Source: Octopus sinensis (lineage: Eukaryota). Taken from it: a stretch of DNA of 64,000 nucleotides. The notes under the pieces are model-generated. The model saw nothing but the letters and a program-made list of their open reading frames with translations. It searched no databases and was not told the DNA's origin. The stretch covers positions 868,001 to 932,000 of the forward strand of contig NC_043001.1 in NCBI RefSeq assembly GCF_006345805.1. Reading direction: 5' to 3'. Positions 27,618-39,126 of the stretch are shown one piece after another; the stretch's first letter is position 1; the number at the start of each line of letters is the position of its first letter. The position numbers and the translations under genes were made by a program.

Positions 27618-28319
27618 GTGTCTATCTGGAAGGAAGAAAAAAACTAATGTTGAATGTAAAATTCTAACAAATTATTGGTCAATGAAATATGTTTTTTTCA
27701 TCAGTTAAAAGAGATCAATATATAAGTTAACAGAAATCAATATATAATAAAGACTGGAGCAGCAAGTTGGTAAAAATATCAGGGTTACTGGACTAAATGG
27801 ATTAAAAGAATTTAGTTTGATTCGTCTCAGTTCAAAGTGTGTCGGCAAGTCTGAGTGTTGTTGATTTTGTTAATTCTGCAGTCCATAAAATCAGTAACAA
27901 TGCTAATGTATGATGATCAATTTAATCAGCTAGATGGCAGCACTCACTGTAGAGTTGAGTTTTGTGCTTAATGAAAAGAAATCTATATTCTCTAAACAAT
28001 TCTAGCTTTCAATGCCTACCAATGGAGCAATCTCCAACATTTACCATTTACTTCTTTCAACAAGTACAGTAAAGTCTGTGTTTCACTGATGAGATCACAA
28101 TAAGGCCAAAATATAATCAGAGTTATTCCTCATACTTGCTGAAATAATTGCTTTTTTCTCAACACATTATTATTTCTAGTTATATTTAAATGTTCCCTCC
28201 ATAAAATATGTTAGCACTAACTTAACATTTTCCAGTGATTTTATCAGTTAATCTTTTGCAGAATATAAGTATCTGAAGGATTCTTGTAGGATTAAGAGAA
28301 TGAGAGAACTTAAACACAA

Positions 28320-28490
28320 GCATGGCTGTGTGTTTAAGAAGTTTGCTTTCCAGTCATATAGTTTGAGGTTCAGTCCCTCTGTATGGCACATTGGGCAAGT
28401 GTCACCTACTATAGCCCCAGGATAATCAAAGCCTTGTGGATGGATTTAATAGAGAGAAGCTGCAAGAAGCCAATCATATTTTGTGTGTCA
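28320..28490 (+). mobile_element. SINE family A 5' half
   Basis: Sequence catggctgtgtgtttaagaagtttgctttcc...gaggttcagtccctctgtatggcacattgggcaagtgtc...aaagccttgtggatggattt. Confidence 0.65.
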
Positions 28491-29579
28491 GTCTTCAAAT
28501 CTGCCCTTGTCTTTACTTTGCAAAAATACAATGGTCAGAGATGGAATATTTTTTCCCAGGAACCTACACAGCCTGGTAATTCTTTTTTATCAACCTTAAA
28601 AGGATGAAAGACAATATTAACTTTGGTGGGATTTGAACTCAAAGCATCAGAACTTGAGTCAGAATAAATACAACAATGCATTCTATCTAATACAGCCAAC
28701 AGAAAATTCAGATGTGGCTTGGCAAGACTTAAGAGGGTTGGATGAAACAGCCTGTGGTGTCTGGTAGCTGGGTCTTTTACCCACTGACATCAATAAATGC
28801 AATGACACAGGTACCAAACTGTATCAGCCCAAGTTAGGAACCTTTGGGGTGGGGGATGAGTTGGGAAGAAGGAGAGAAATACATGAATGATGGGCGACTG
28901 TCACACTTCCTAAAATCATTTTATATAGGCTGCCATGAATAGAGGTACAGTCAATATTCACTGAGAGCAGATCTAGACTAAACAAACACAAATTCAGACT
29001 TGAAGGATCAAATCATTGAGTAATAAATATTTTCTGGCCAACGACTTTGAAATTTTCTGTTAAATCCTTTGTTACCATATTTCTGTTGAAACATATATAT
29101 TGTTTTGCTTCAAATAATTTTGAAAATAAGGAAGAATTTAGTGAAACGAGTGTTATTAATTAAGCTGCTGTTTGGAAGTTTAAACAGGAAGCTTACGTCT
29201 CAGGTAGATTGGTATCCAAGTGATTAAGACACACAAGCTGTTAATCTCTTAGAAGGATTACCTAGTCTTATATATATATATATATATATCAACAATCAAG
29301 GAACGGCCATAATAGGCCATTCACCCACTAGAAATAACAGCCAAAGCTTCAACCGCAAATAAAAATCAATTCCATAAACCAGGAGAAAATTTAAAAAAAC
29401 ATTTACCCTGTAATTTCTTATACGATGCACCGTTTCATCTGCTGTTTAATGGTAAACTAACCTGATTAAATTAAATCAAGCCAATCTTCCATAGGCCCTC
29501 AGATTCTTCAGTAAGAAATAGCACAAGTCGGAACAGATATTTTCACGAGGCATTTCCGACCCTGCCAAGGCAATATCTG

Positions 29580-29625
29580 ACCTAAAATTTTCAAATCATC
29601 GCACTCGCGCCAAATTTATTGGCAG
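29580..29625 (-). promoter_or_regulatory. candidate cell-cycle (NF-Y/E2F/CHR) promoter of a leftward gene
   Basis: The minus strand reads GCCAAT aaa TTTGGCGCGA gtgcgatga TTTGAA: CCAAT at 29618-22, E2F at 29605-14 and CHR at 29590-95. There are about 12 CpGs in 29280-29660 against a CpG-poor background. A donor CAG|GTTAGT lies at about 29461. Confidence 0.5.
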
Positions 29626-29670
29626 CAAATAAATATAAATATAAGCCGTCGATTCCATTGATTATATTGA

Positions 29671-29718
<48 letters not shown>

Positions 29719-29721
29719 GTG

Positions 29722-29765
<44 letters not shown>

Positions 29766-29856
29766 TATTCTTTTTTCTTTTATTTTGACTCTAATTTATT
29801 CAATTATATGTGTATATATATGTGTGTGTGTATGCGTGTGGTTGTGTGTGTGCATG

Positions 29857-29883
<27 letters not shown>

Positions 29884-29887
<4 letters not shown>

Positions 29888-30752
29888 AGGTTTTTTCAAT
29901 TGCATGAACTAAAAGTCGGAGGGGGAGCGGGATAAATTACCTGCATCAACTTGTTGTGGAAGCAGGTAGTAATTTTACCTTGTACTTATTCTTAGTGCAA
30001 GTTTTGAAGAGTGCAGTTCGATTTTAGCAGTTATTTTTTTCAAAGCTATAATGAAAGTGACAAAGGAGTATATTCAGCATATTTTGTTTTATGAGTTCAG
30101 TAAAGGCAACAGAAAGTGTGAGGAATATTAATGCAGTCTATGGGGATCGGATAATAAGTGTAAGCCAGTGCCAACAGTGATTCCAGAAATTTCGAACCAG
30201 AATCTACAGCCTAGAAGACGAGTCTCATCTTGGAAGATCTGTAGTACTCGACGAGGTTGTCCTGCACACTCTAGTGGGACAAAATCCTATCATAACTGTT
30301 GAGGAACTAGTAGAGAAGCTTGGATTTGGTCATTCAACAAGTCATTCATGTCAGCACTAGAAGAAAAACGACCATCTTATGTTCCATGAAGAAAGATGTT
30401 CTTCCATCAGGATAATGCTCATTCCACATATAGTAAGGATGGCATTCCAAAGGCTGGAGCAGTTTGAATGGGAAACGATGTCCCACCCACCATATTCATC
30501 TAATTATTAATTATTCTGCAGTTTTCAAAATCATTTGGATGAAAAAAATATGAATTCTGTAGATGAGGTCAGAACAGTACTGGAGGAGTATTTTTTATCA
30601 TGGTGAATTTTGGAAGAGAGGCAAGTCTACCAGAATAGATGGAAGAGTATTGTAGAAAATGAAGGAGAGTGTATTTTAGATTAAAAAAAAGAACTTTGTC
30701 TTAATTTTGAAAAACAAATGAAGTGCAAGAAAACTGCATTATTTATGGGATG

Positions 30753-30757
<5 letters not shown>
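29884..30757 (+). mobile_element. mariner (Tc1/mariner) transposon, internally deleted and decayed
   Basis: From about 30050 it reads MKVTKEYIQHILFYEFSKG...SLEDESHLGRSVVLDE...NPIITVEELVEKLGFGHST, then after a deletion FHQDNAH...WETMSHPPYS...RWKSIVENEGECILD*. The 3' TIR is aaaactgcattatttatgggatgacccta; only the inner part of the 5' TIR (aatgaggtttt) remains. Confidence 0.9.
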
Positions 30758-30804
<47 letters not shown>

Positions 30805-30837
30805 TAGATACGTATATATATGTACATATGTGTATAT

Positions 30838-31376
30838 AAGGACTACTATGAAGTCACTTGGAATGGATCCAAAGGCCATAGAAACCCTTGCTTTGGATTG
30901 AGCTGGATGGTGAACAAAAGTGTGGTGCGGAGTAAAAGCTTTTGAAGAGGCGAGGATAACAGATGCAAGACTCAAGAGAGATTTAAAGAAGGATGTTGTG
31001 GCCAAGATGATGAATCTCAGCCACCTTTTTATGTGCACAGTTTGTGACAGAGCATGCCTTCCTTTTAGTGGGCTCAAATCTCATTTGCAGCCCCAAGAAA
31101 AACGAACCTTCACCAACTATTCTGCCTGTATATCAGTGCACACCTCTCAATGCTACGTATGCCATAAGGTCTGCAAATCTAATGGAGGTCTCAAAAGTCA
31201 TTTTAAGATCCACAAAGATCATAACTTAACTGCAACTCTTGATGGTCCAAGTCAGATATGCAATCTATGTGGGCATCTTCTCAATACATTGTCTGGTTTA
31301 AAAATTCACATTAGATGCCATGATGGATCTAAGGTGCATGAGGTGGTCAGCATCTGGATAGAAAGTACACAACCAC

Positions 31377-31380
<4 letters not shown>
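30838..31380 (+). mobile_element. RTE (BovB-like) LINE 3' end encoding three C2H2 zinc fingers
   Basis: Reads KTTMKSLGMDPKAIETLALD*AGW*TKVWCGVKAFEEAR (RTE C-terminus), then CTVCDRAC..SGLKSHLQPQ, CYVCHKVCKSNGGLKSHFKIH and CNLCGHLLNTLSGLKIHIRCH. Confidence 0.75.
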
Positions 31381-31454
<74 letters not shown>

Positions 31455-31489
31455 ATAAATCCTGTTCTGTCTGTGCGTTTGTATGTTTG

Positions 31490-33250
31490 TAAAAGATTAT
31501 AACGGACGTATTTTTTGATTGATTTTCTCCAAACTGGGAATATACATTACTTATGTTCCAGAGATGGTTTTAGACTTGAAATTTTTCACATAATGAGTAA
31601 CGGCAACACTGGGAGCAGAAAGCACCTAGTCCTGGGTTATGTGGAAAAGGGAGGTTACTCTTTGCGAAGTAACTTTCAGAAATTGATTGTCTCCCTAACA
31701 TCCATTGGTAAAAAAATCATCACAATCTCAATTGGCTCCAAAAATAGCACTGTAAGTAAAATTAATGAGCAGCTGCTGCAGTACCTTCCAGGAAGTCCTC
31801 ACATCAGTTGATACAATCCTAGATCCAGAAGAGGTGGTAAATTATCCAAAAGAATTTCTCAGTTCAATGGAGCCTCCAAGACTACTTCCCCACAGATTGG
31901 AACTGAAAATGGGAATTCTCGTAATGCTATTGAGGAGTTTGGATCCACCAACACCCTGCAATGCCTGGTGGTAAAGAAGATGATGCTACATGTTACTGAG
32001 GCAACCATTCTCTCAGAATGTGGGAAAGGAGAGGATGTTTTCACACCCAGAATTCTTCTCATTCCACTGGGAGCAGAAATTCCTTTTTCATTCAGAAGAG
32101 TGCAATTTCCTATTCACATCGTCTTCATAATGTCTATCAATAGATCCCAGGGTCAAATACCGTCAGTAGAAGAACTTCACTTGGAAGAGTCATGCTTCTC
32201 ACATGAGTGATTAAATATTGACTGCTCTAGATTGGGAGCCAAAAATAAAAATCTATTTGCATTTGTTCTACAAGAGAAAGCAAAGAATATTGTTTACCAA
32301 GAGGTTTTGTAGGAATTACCACATCCTACGATGTGCTCCAGTATCCACTGCTCTTTGTGAATGGTGAAGATGGATACCATTTTGGCAAAATACGAACAAA
32401 CGCAAAGACTGCATCAACAAAACCGTTCCCTGAATGGATTTCACTATCAAAGCATATTCTCCAATTACTCTCACCAACCATGTGGTAAGCCTTATTACAC
32501 CTGATTTTTTTCAAGTAATTCATTACTACATGTTCTCATGTGACTGCATAGGCTCACTTTATGCTTCTTATTCTACAGCCACACCAGCAATCCATGTATG
32601 TGTACGTGTGTGTGCGTGTGTCATTTGAATTAAAACACACATCGACACATACTTATACATATGTGATGACTGCAAAAACAATGAGGTGAAAAGCTATGTA
32701 TGTCTGTCTGTGTGTCTGTCTTACTGTATGTATGTGAGCGTCATCACATTTTGTATGATAATGTGTATGTGTCTGTGGCTCACTTTATGCTTCTTATTCT
32801 ACAGCCACACCAGCAATCCAATGTCAACCCTTCACCTTCTGCAACATTTCAACAGTTCACTTCCCTGTTGCCTTCACCCATTGCAGCCCCTTTCCAGACT
32901 GTACCCATTAACATACAACATTACACTTACATTCACTCAGCTCTCAACCATTCAATGGATCGTGTTGGATGCAGCACCGACCGTTGCAAAGGAGACTATA
33001 TCCACTGACAGCTTCTCAGTGTGTTCAAAAATCACACACACCTACCTCCAAGTTTCCACTACAGGTTAGGATCTGATATCCTTCAAACAGAGACATGACA
33101 TGTTGCTTAGTCAAATTAGCCCATCATTTACTCCATAAATGTTTTGTTGTCAATGCTGCAATTTCCATATCATATGTTTCAACATAACAGTAATATATAT
33201 ATACAAACTATGTCATTTTAATCCTGAGCAATGCCGGGTATCTCTGCTAG
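31490..33250 (+). mobile_element. Helitron: PIF1-helicase 3' part, rearranged 3' region and CTAG terminus
   Basis: Frameshifted helicase VDTILDPEEVVNYPKEFLSSMEPPRLLPHRLELKMG..MLLRSLDPP..CN / EATILSECGKGEDVFTPRILLIP...FRRVQFP..MSINRSQGQ / ...KNIVYQEVL* (stop 32310-12). The terminal hairpin cctgagcaatgccggg is followed by CTAG (33247-50) and T. Confidence 0.85.
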
Positions 33251-33303
<53 letters not shown>

Positions 33304-33714
33304 CAAAAAATGGGACAAGCAAGCAACAAGTGACAACAAGACATCCAGACAGTTAGATGATACAAAAAGGAACAAGAAAAACCAAGGATGAGTCATTCGG
33401 AGTTTTCTTTCGTCAGTCGAGTTACAGATTAGCTCTGCAATTTCAGCTGGTTATACTCGAGACTGCTCCAATCTGGCCAGCCCCAAAGAAAATCTAAGCT
33501 AAGAGCACTAGATTCCTTGGAAGAAAGCAGCGAATGTGTATGAAAACAAAGACAGGAAAAAACGAAGAAATGGTATACAAATACAAATGACAGGACATTA
33601 ACAAAAGGTGTCTTTCAACAAAAGACAAATTAATTTAAGCTGGCATGTGTGGAAGTGATATGTGTGTATGTGTGTGTGTATATCTATCTATCTATCTATC
33701 TATCTATATATTTA

Positions 33715-33837
33715 GAAACACTGTCAGATCAGACTGGAGCCTGGTGCAGCCTCCTGGCTTCCCAGACCCTGGTCGATCTGTCCAACCCATGCTAGCATGG
33801 AAAACGGACGTTAAACGATGATGATGATGATGATGAT
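33715..33837 (+). mobile_element. RTE-tail family short copy
   Basis: Sequence tagaaacactgtcagatcagactggagcctggtgcagcc...ggacgttaaacgatgatgatg. Confidence 0.75.
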
Positions 33838-34067
33838 ACATTATTTAAAAGCAGCAGAAGTATAACAAAAACTGTTACTCAGAGTTTCACATTCCCATTT
33901 GTGAAACTCTGAGTAACAGCTTTTGTTAAATTTCTTCTGCTTTTAAATAAAGCATATTACTCTACCTCTGGTATTTGAGTACTCTTTTTTTTCCACCTTG
34001 TTTCACATTTATGCGCTTACTCCAGTATGTATATATATACATATATATATACATATATATATACATA

Positions 34068-34452
34068 TAAAAAGCACTATCCGAATCGTGGCCGATGCCA
34101 GCGCCGCCTCGACTGGCTTCCGTGTCGGTGGCACATAAAAAGCACCATCCGAATCGTGGCCGAAGCCAGTGCCGCCTCGACTGGCTTCCATGCAGGTGGC
34201 ACATAAAATGCACCAATCCGCCCGTGGCCGATGCCAGCCTCACCTGGCTCCAGTGCAGGTGGCATGTAAAAAGCACCCACTACACTCACGGAGTGGTTGG
34301 CGTTAGGAAGGGCATCCAGCTGTAGAAACATTGCCAGATAAGACCGGAGCCTGGGGCAGCCTTCTGGCTTCCCAGACCCCGGTCGAACCGTCCAATCCAT
34401 GCTAGCATGGAAAACGGACGTTAAACGATGATGATGATGATGATGATGATGA
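34068..34452 (+). mobile_element. RTE-tail family copy with four ~66-bp internal units
   Basis: Units aaagcac(c)atccgaatcgtggccgatgccagc... at about 34070, 34137, 34205 and 34267, with a (GAT)n tail. CpGs are retained, so it is probably young. Confidence 0.8.
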
Positions 34453-35089
34453 TATGTATGTATGTATGTATATATACACACACACACATATATGTACATG
34501 TATATATATGAGTGTGTGTATATATATATATGTATTGCTGCTTTCCCCACTTGCTCTCACACTTGTCACTGCAAACCTCACCCCCACTTCCTCCTTCTGC
34601 CTTCTTGGCAATATCTGGCCACATATAACTTCCATACCCTGAGGGCAGGCCTTGCTACCTGCCACCATTTATTTCTCTTCTTCTTCTTCTTCTCTCTCCC
34701 TCTTTCACATTCTCTCTTTTCCTCACTCTCTCTCCCTTCCTCCCCCCTCTCTCTGGCCAGTTAACCATGTACTTCTGTGCATTAATGTAGCAATTCTCAA
34801 TTTCATTAATACAGAACGCTGGAAAGATTGGTTGTAAATAGTTTTTACTCTTCTAAGAATGAGAGTACAGTATCTGTCAGCAGTAGCTTTAGTGATGAAC
34901 CTGGCTGCTCAGCAGACATGTTCAAACACCATTTTTAAGCCTTGTTTTCATTTCAAAACCCCGTTTTCAACTGGCTGTAGTAATATTAACAGTAGCAAAT
35001 ATAACCTGTATAGTTATAGTAATAATACCAGCAATTATTACCACATTCTCCTCTGCTGAAGAACCTGAGTACGACCAGGTGAGTTGGTA

Positions 35090-35727
35090 AAGTTCTGAGG
35101 CATCAAAATATAACATGGGGCATTACCGTATTCTGGATAGTTTATGTCTTTTAGCCTTGCAAGTTGTATGAGTGTAGATGCTGTTGGTCAGCCTTTCAGT
35201 TTATCACGTTGTACGAGGGTAGACGTTGTTGACCTGCTTTCGATTGCTCAAGATTAGCAAGTTTTGAACAGTTAACTTCTTCTTCAGGATTGATACCACT
35301 GGTTCTGGTTTCAACTGCCGGTGTTTCTGCTTCGAGGTCATTCCTGATTGCATGATGAGGTATGAAGCTCAGTTGGCACAATGGAAAACTGTGTATCTCC
35401 CACTGGAGCCAGATGTTTCAATGAAACCATTTCCTCCTTGCCGCTCAATAAGTGTACATGGCCGGACAGTGGATTGCATTCAAGTAATTCAACTATTGGA
35501 TCATATTTTGATCATGTTTTCTGGATCACATTTTGAGAACTGCTCTTGTTTCTTCAGGAGCACAGGGTCCACCCTTCACTAGCAATTCTGGTAGTGATGT
35601 CTCAGAAGTTGATTGGTGGTAAAAAACTGATCAGCCTTCCATGAGGTGTGGTGTTAGTGGCTGTGCTGAGGAGGGAGCAAATAGGGTGCAGAGCATCAAG
35701 GAATACATGCTTCCACTGACTCACACC
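35090..35727 (-). mobile_element. Gypsy-like LTR retrotransposon integrase C-terminal fragment
   Basis: The minus strand reads VSQWKHVFLDALHPICSLLSTATNTTPHGRL...KYDPIVELLECNPLSGHVHLLSGKEEMVSLKHLAPVG. This resembles the W...L.DALH.IRSL..TATN.TPH / PLVE.VEL...NP..AHV..P.G.E.TVS..HLAP pattern. Confidence 0.6.
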
Positions 35728-35886
35728 GTCAAAGAGACATGCAACGTCAACGATATAGTATATGTGGTGCATCTTGTCCACCACCACTAGGTCAGGTCTG
35801 TTATGCTCTAGCATCTGATTTGTTTGGATTGGGAAATCCCAGAAGATTTTGCTAGTCTCTGACACTGCCACTCTCTTTTCGCACAA
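35728..35886 (-). mobile_element. R4/Dong-like LINE RLE fragment
   Basis: Reads SETSKIFWDFPIQTNQMLEHNRPDLVVVDKMHHIYYIVDVACLFD, homologous to 59459..59929. It abuts a (GTT)n(ATT)n tract. Confidence 0.75.
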
Positions 35887-35895
35887 TTGTTGTTG

Positions 35896-35939
<44 letters not shown>

Positions 35940-36150
35940 GAGCTGGTAGAATTGTTAGTATGCTGGACAAAATGCTTAGTGGTATTTTGCCTGTTGCTCC
36001 TTTCTGAGTTCAAATTCCATCAAGGTCGACTTTGCCTTTCATCCTTTTGGGTTGATAAATTAAGTGCCAGTTGAACGCTGGGGTCTATGTAATCGACTCA
36101 TCCCCTTCCTCAAATGGCTGCCCTTGTGGCAAAATTTGAACCCATTATTA
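35940..36150 (+). mobile_element. tRNA-derived SINE family B
   Basis: Sequence gagctggtagaattgttagtatgctggacaaaatgcttag...gactttgcctttcatccttttgggttgataaattaagtgccag...ggctgcccttgtggcaaaatttgaacccattattatt. Confidence 0.75.
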
Positions 36151-36598
36151 TTATTATTATAAACATGTATTGTCAGAAACACCATAAATTTTTTATTGCA
36201 AGTAGAAAAAAAAAAGAGGCAGAAGTGAGAATATCTCAGAAGTTAAAAGTAAACAGGATGAGGAGGGGGGAAAAGAAGAGGATGAAGAAAGAAGAATTTA
36301 AAAGAGAAGTCATAAGAAAAAGGGAAAAACTACAATATAGAAGGAGGAGGAGGAGGAGGAGGAGGAGGAGGAGGAGGAGAGAAGAAGAAGAAGAAGAAAC
36401 AATTATTTCTGTTAAATTCCTAAGTAAAAATACTTAGTAAAAATATAATCTGTATTTTCTGATCTGGTATTGATTATTAAAGAACATGTTGTTTTTTACA
36501 TTCCATTTCTTTTTTTTGGAGATGGTGTCAAGAGGAGAAGAACTTATCTAATTTCTTCCATTAATTTCTAACACTGTAAAATCATTAACTCTCTCCCC

Positions 36599-36687
<89 letters not shown>

Positions 36688-37259
36688 TCTCTCTCTCGGC
36701 GATGCGTCTGCTTTTAGAGTATATTTTTGATAATACTAATATTCGTATGTTTCAATTAAATTTATTTTTGTATTGTAAAATAATATTTAATTCTGAATAG
36801 AAACCCATTTAATTCTCTCAGTGAGTACGTGTGTGTGTGTGTGTGTGTTAGACATACTGTAAAAGTGTCTGTACACTCTCTAAGTACGCATATTTACCAT
36901 CAATCTTTCATGCCTGTTATTCGCTGCTTGTATCTCGACACTTGTCATCCTCTGTCATTTCCATTGTAGTGGTCAGCGTCTTAAGGCTGTTGCCTTCCTT
37001 CTTCCAATTTCTTCTGCTTGGTTCTGTTGCCACTTCACAACCCAACAACCATCCACCACAAGCATCACATGTCCATACCAAACTCTCTGATAAACTACAT
37101 TTCTTTCTTTTTTTTCCTAGTTTTCTTTTCAGTTCATTTATGCTCTAGAATTTATGTAGATACACAAGCATTACAATTCCTACAGAGCATGCTCTATATA
37201 TGTGGACTTCTTTACATAATACACACACACACATACGTACATATAGACATACATACATA

Positions 37260-37620
37260 TGGGCGAGTATCTTCTAGTATAGCCTCAGGCTGACCAAAGC
37301 CTTTTGAATGGATCTGGTTGATAGAAACTGAAAGAAGCCTGTCCTATGTATGTGTGTGTGTGTGTGCGTGAGTGTGTGTACATATTTATGTGTGTGTGTG
37401 TGTCTTTGTGTCTGTCCTCCCACTATCATTTTTAGCAACCGATGTTGGTATGTTTATGTCCCCATAACTTAGCAGTTTGGCAAAAGCTACTGATAGAATA
37501 AGTACTAGGTTTTCAAAGAATAAGTCCTGGGGTTTATTTCATCGACTAAAACCTCTTAGGGTGGTGCTCAGCCTGGTCACAGTCAAATGAGTGAAATATG
37601 TAAAAGAATAAAATAAAATA
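37260..37620 (+). mobile_element. SINE family A, head-truncated
   Basis: Family body with an internal (GT)n tract and 3' end ...acagtcaaatgagtgaaatatgtaaaagaataa. Confidence 0.75.
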
Positions 37621-38726
37621 CAAATGTGTGTGTGCATCATCATCATCATCATCATCATCGTTTAACATCCGCCTTCCATGCTAGGATGGGTGGTATGCTT
37701 CCACAAACCTCTGCTCATCTGTGGTATAAAATATCCTCTCCGTCCTCTCAAATATGCTCCATATACAGAAGGGGTCTCTTCCCTTTACATGTGCTTCCCT
37801 GCCTTGCAAGTTACTTGACGACCCCCACTCACAGCTTAACTTAACACTTTGCACACCACAGTAAAGTCCCCTTTCCTGGCCACTGACACCTATTAACAGT
37901 CACATTCTGGCTGAATAAACCACGGTAGCAATGATGACTAAACAATCATGGTTGTGAAACACTGCAAATTTTTCCCCATAAAAATCAGAGTTTGCCTTTA
38001 AACTGTTTGCATGAATGTATATTTACTTACAAACACACACACACACACATACACACATGACAAACACCAGAAGTATAAAGCTTTAATAATCCAATAACTC
38101 AACATACATTCCTTCAGGTACATTAATACAAAACCTCTTTAAACATAAAATGTCTTTGAATATTTATTAACCAAATGAAACAAGGATGAAATAAATTTGT
38201 TTTTGATTATTTATTGCTGGCCCCTAATATTGCTGATGTTGTTGTTGAGTGCCAAATTGGCTTAGACTGAATATACTTCTGAAATGAAAGTCATTCTAAT
38301 TATGACCACTCCATTTAATTTGATGGACATTGCATAGTCCAATATGTTCTGGTCTAAGATGGAAGCATGTGACCTGAGGAAGATTTACCTGCTATTTCTA
38401 GCAAGTTGAGTTACTTTGTAAGATTTTCTCTGTTGATTTTCTCTTAATAATGTTGTTGTTCTTTGAGTGTGTGTTTGTGTTAAAAGCATAAAGTGTGACA
38501 GTCAGGTTGTATTGCATTCATTTTGTTAAACCATTTATATAGAAATTACACTCATGCACACGCACACACACATACACACACATACACACACACATACACA
38601 CACACTGTATGGCAACTTGGGCAAGTGTTTTCAACTATAGCCCTGACTTCACCAAACCTTTGTGATTGGATTTGGCTGATGGAAACTGAAAGAAGCCTAT
38701 CATAAATATATATATATATATATATC

Positions 38727-39126
38727 ATCAAAATAAGCAACAAGGATATCCAGAGGTAATGCAGTATGATCGTTTCAAGCAACTCCATTTAATTGAACAA
38801 TGCAATCGTTACATCAATTTAAATGCAGAGCAATCCTCAGCTGCACAAAGACATAGAATCAAATTAAATTAAAACAGATGGACACATTAGTATAATTTTA
38901 CCTAAAATCTCCAAGAAGGTAAGGAGATAGAGAAAGAACATGCTGTCTTAGGTAAAGTTATACTAATGTGTCCATCTGTTTTAATTTAATTAAATTCTAT
39001 GTCTTTATGCAGCTGAAGATTGCTCTGCATTTAAATTGATGTAATGATTGCATTGTTCAATTAAATAGAGTTGCTTGAAACGATCGTACAGCATTACTTC
39101 TGGATATCCTTGTTGCTTATTTTGAT
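38727..39126. repeat. long inverted repeat / foldback element (179-bp arms, 42-bp spacer)
   Basis: Arms at 38727-38905 and 38948-39126 are reverse complements with roughly 90% identity by eye, e.g. atcaaaataagcaacaaggatatccag / ctggatatccttgttgcttattttgat. Confidence 0.9.

Noticed and set aside
28086-28120. Second hammerhead-like core (ctgatga-gatc...ggcc-aaaa)
   Set aside because: GAAA is mutated, stem II is broken and I found no stem I partner. At most it is a dead remnant.
33330-33650. Complex-sequence block resembling a retroelement terminal repeat
   Set aside because: It has no ORF, no second copy in the window and no canonical ribozyme core, so the class cannot be supported.
36690-36830. 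Possible plus-strand first exon after (CT)n with donor tca|gtgagt
   Set aside because: It has only a few CpGs and a donor-like hexamer, with no promoter motifs or linked exons.
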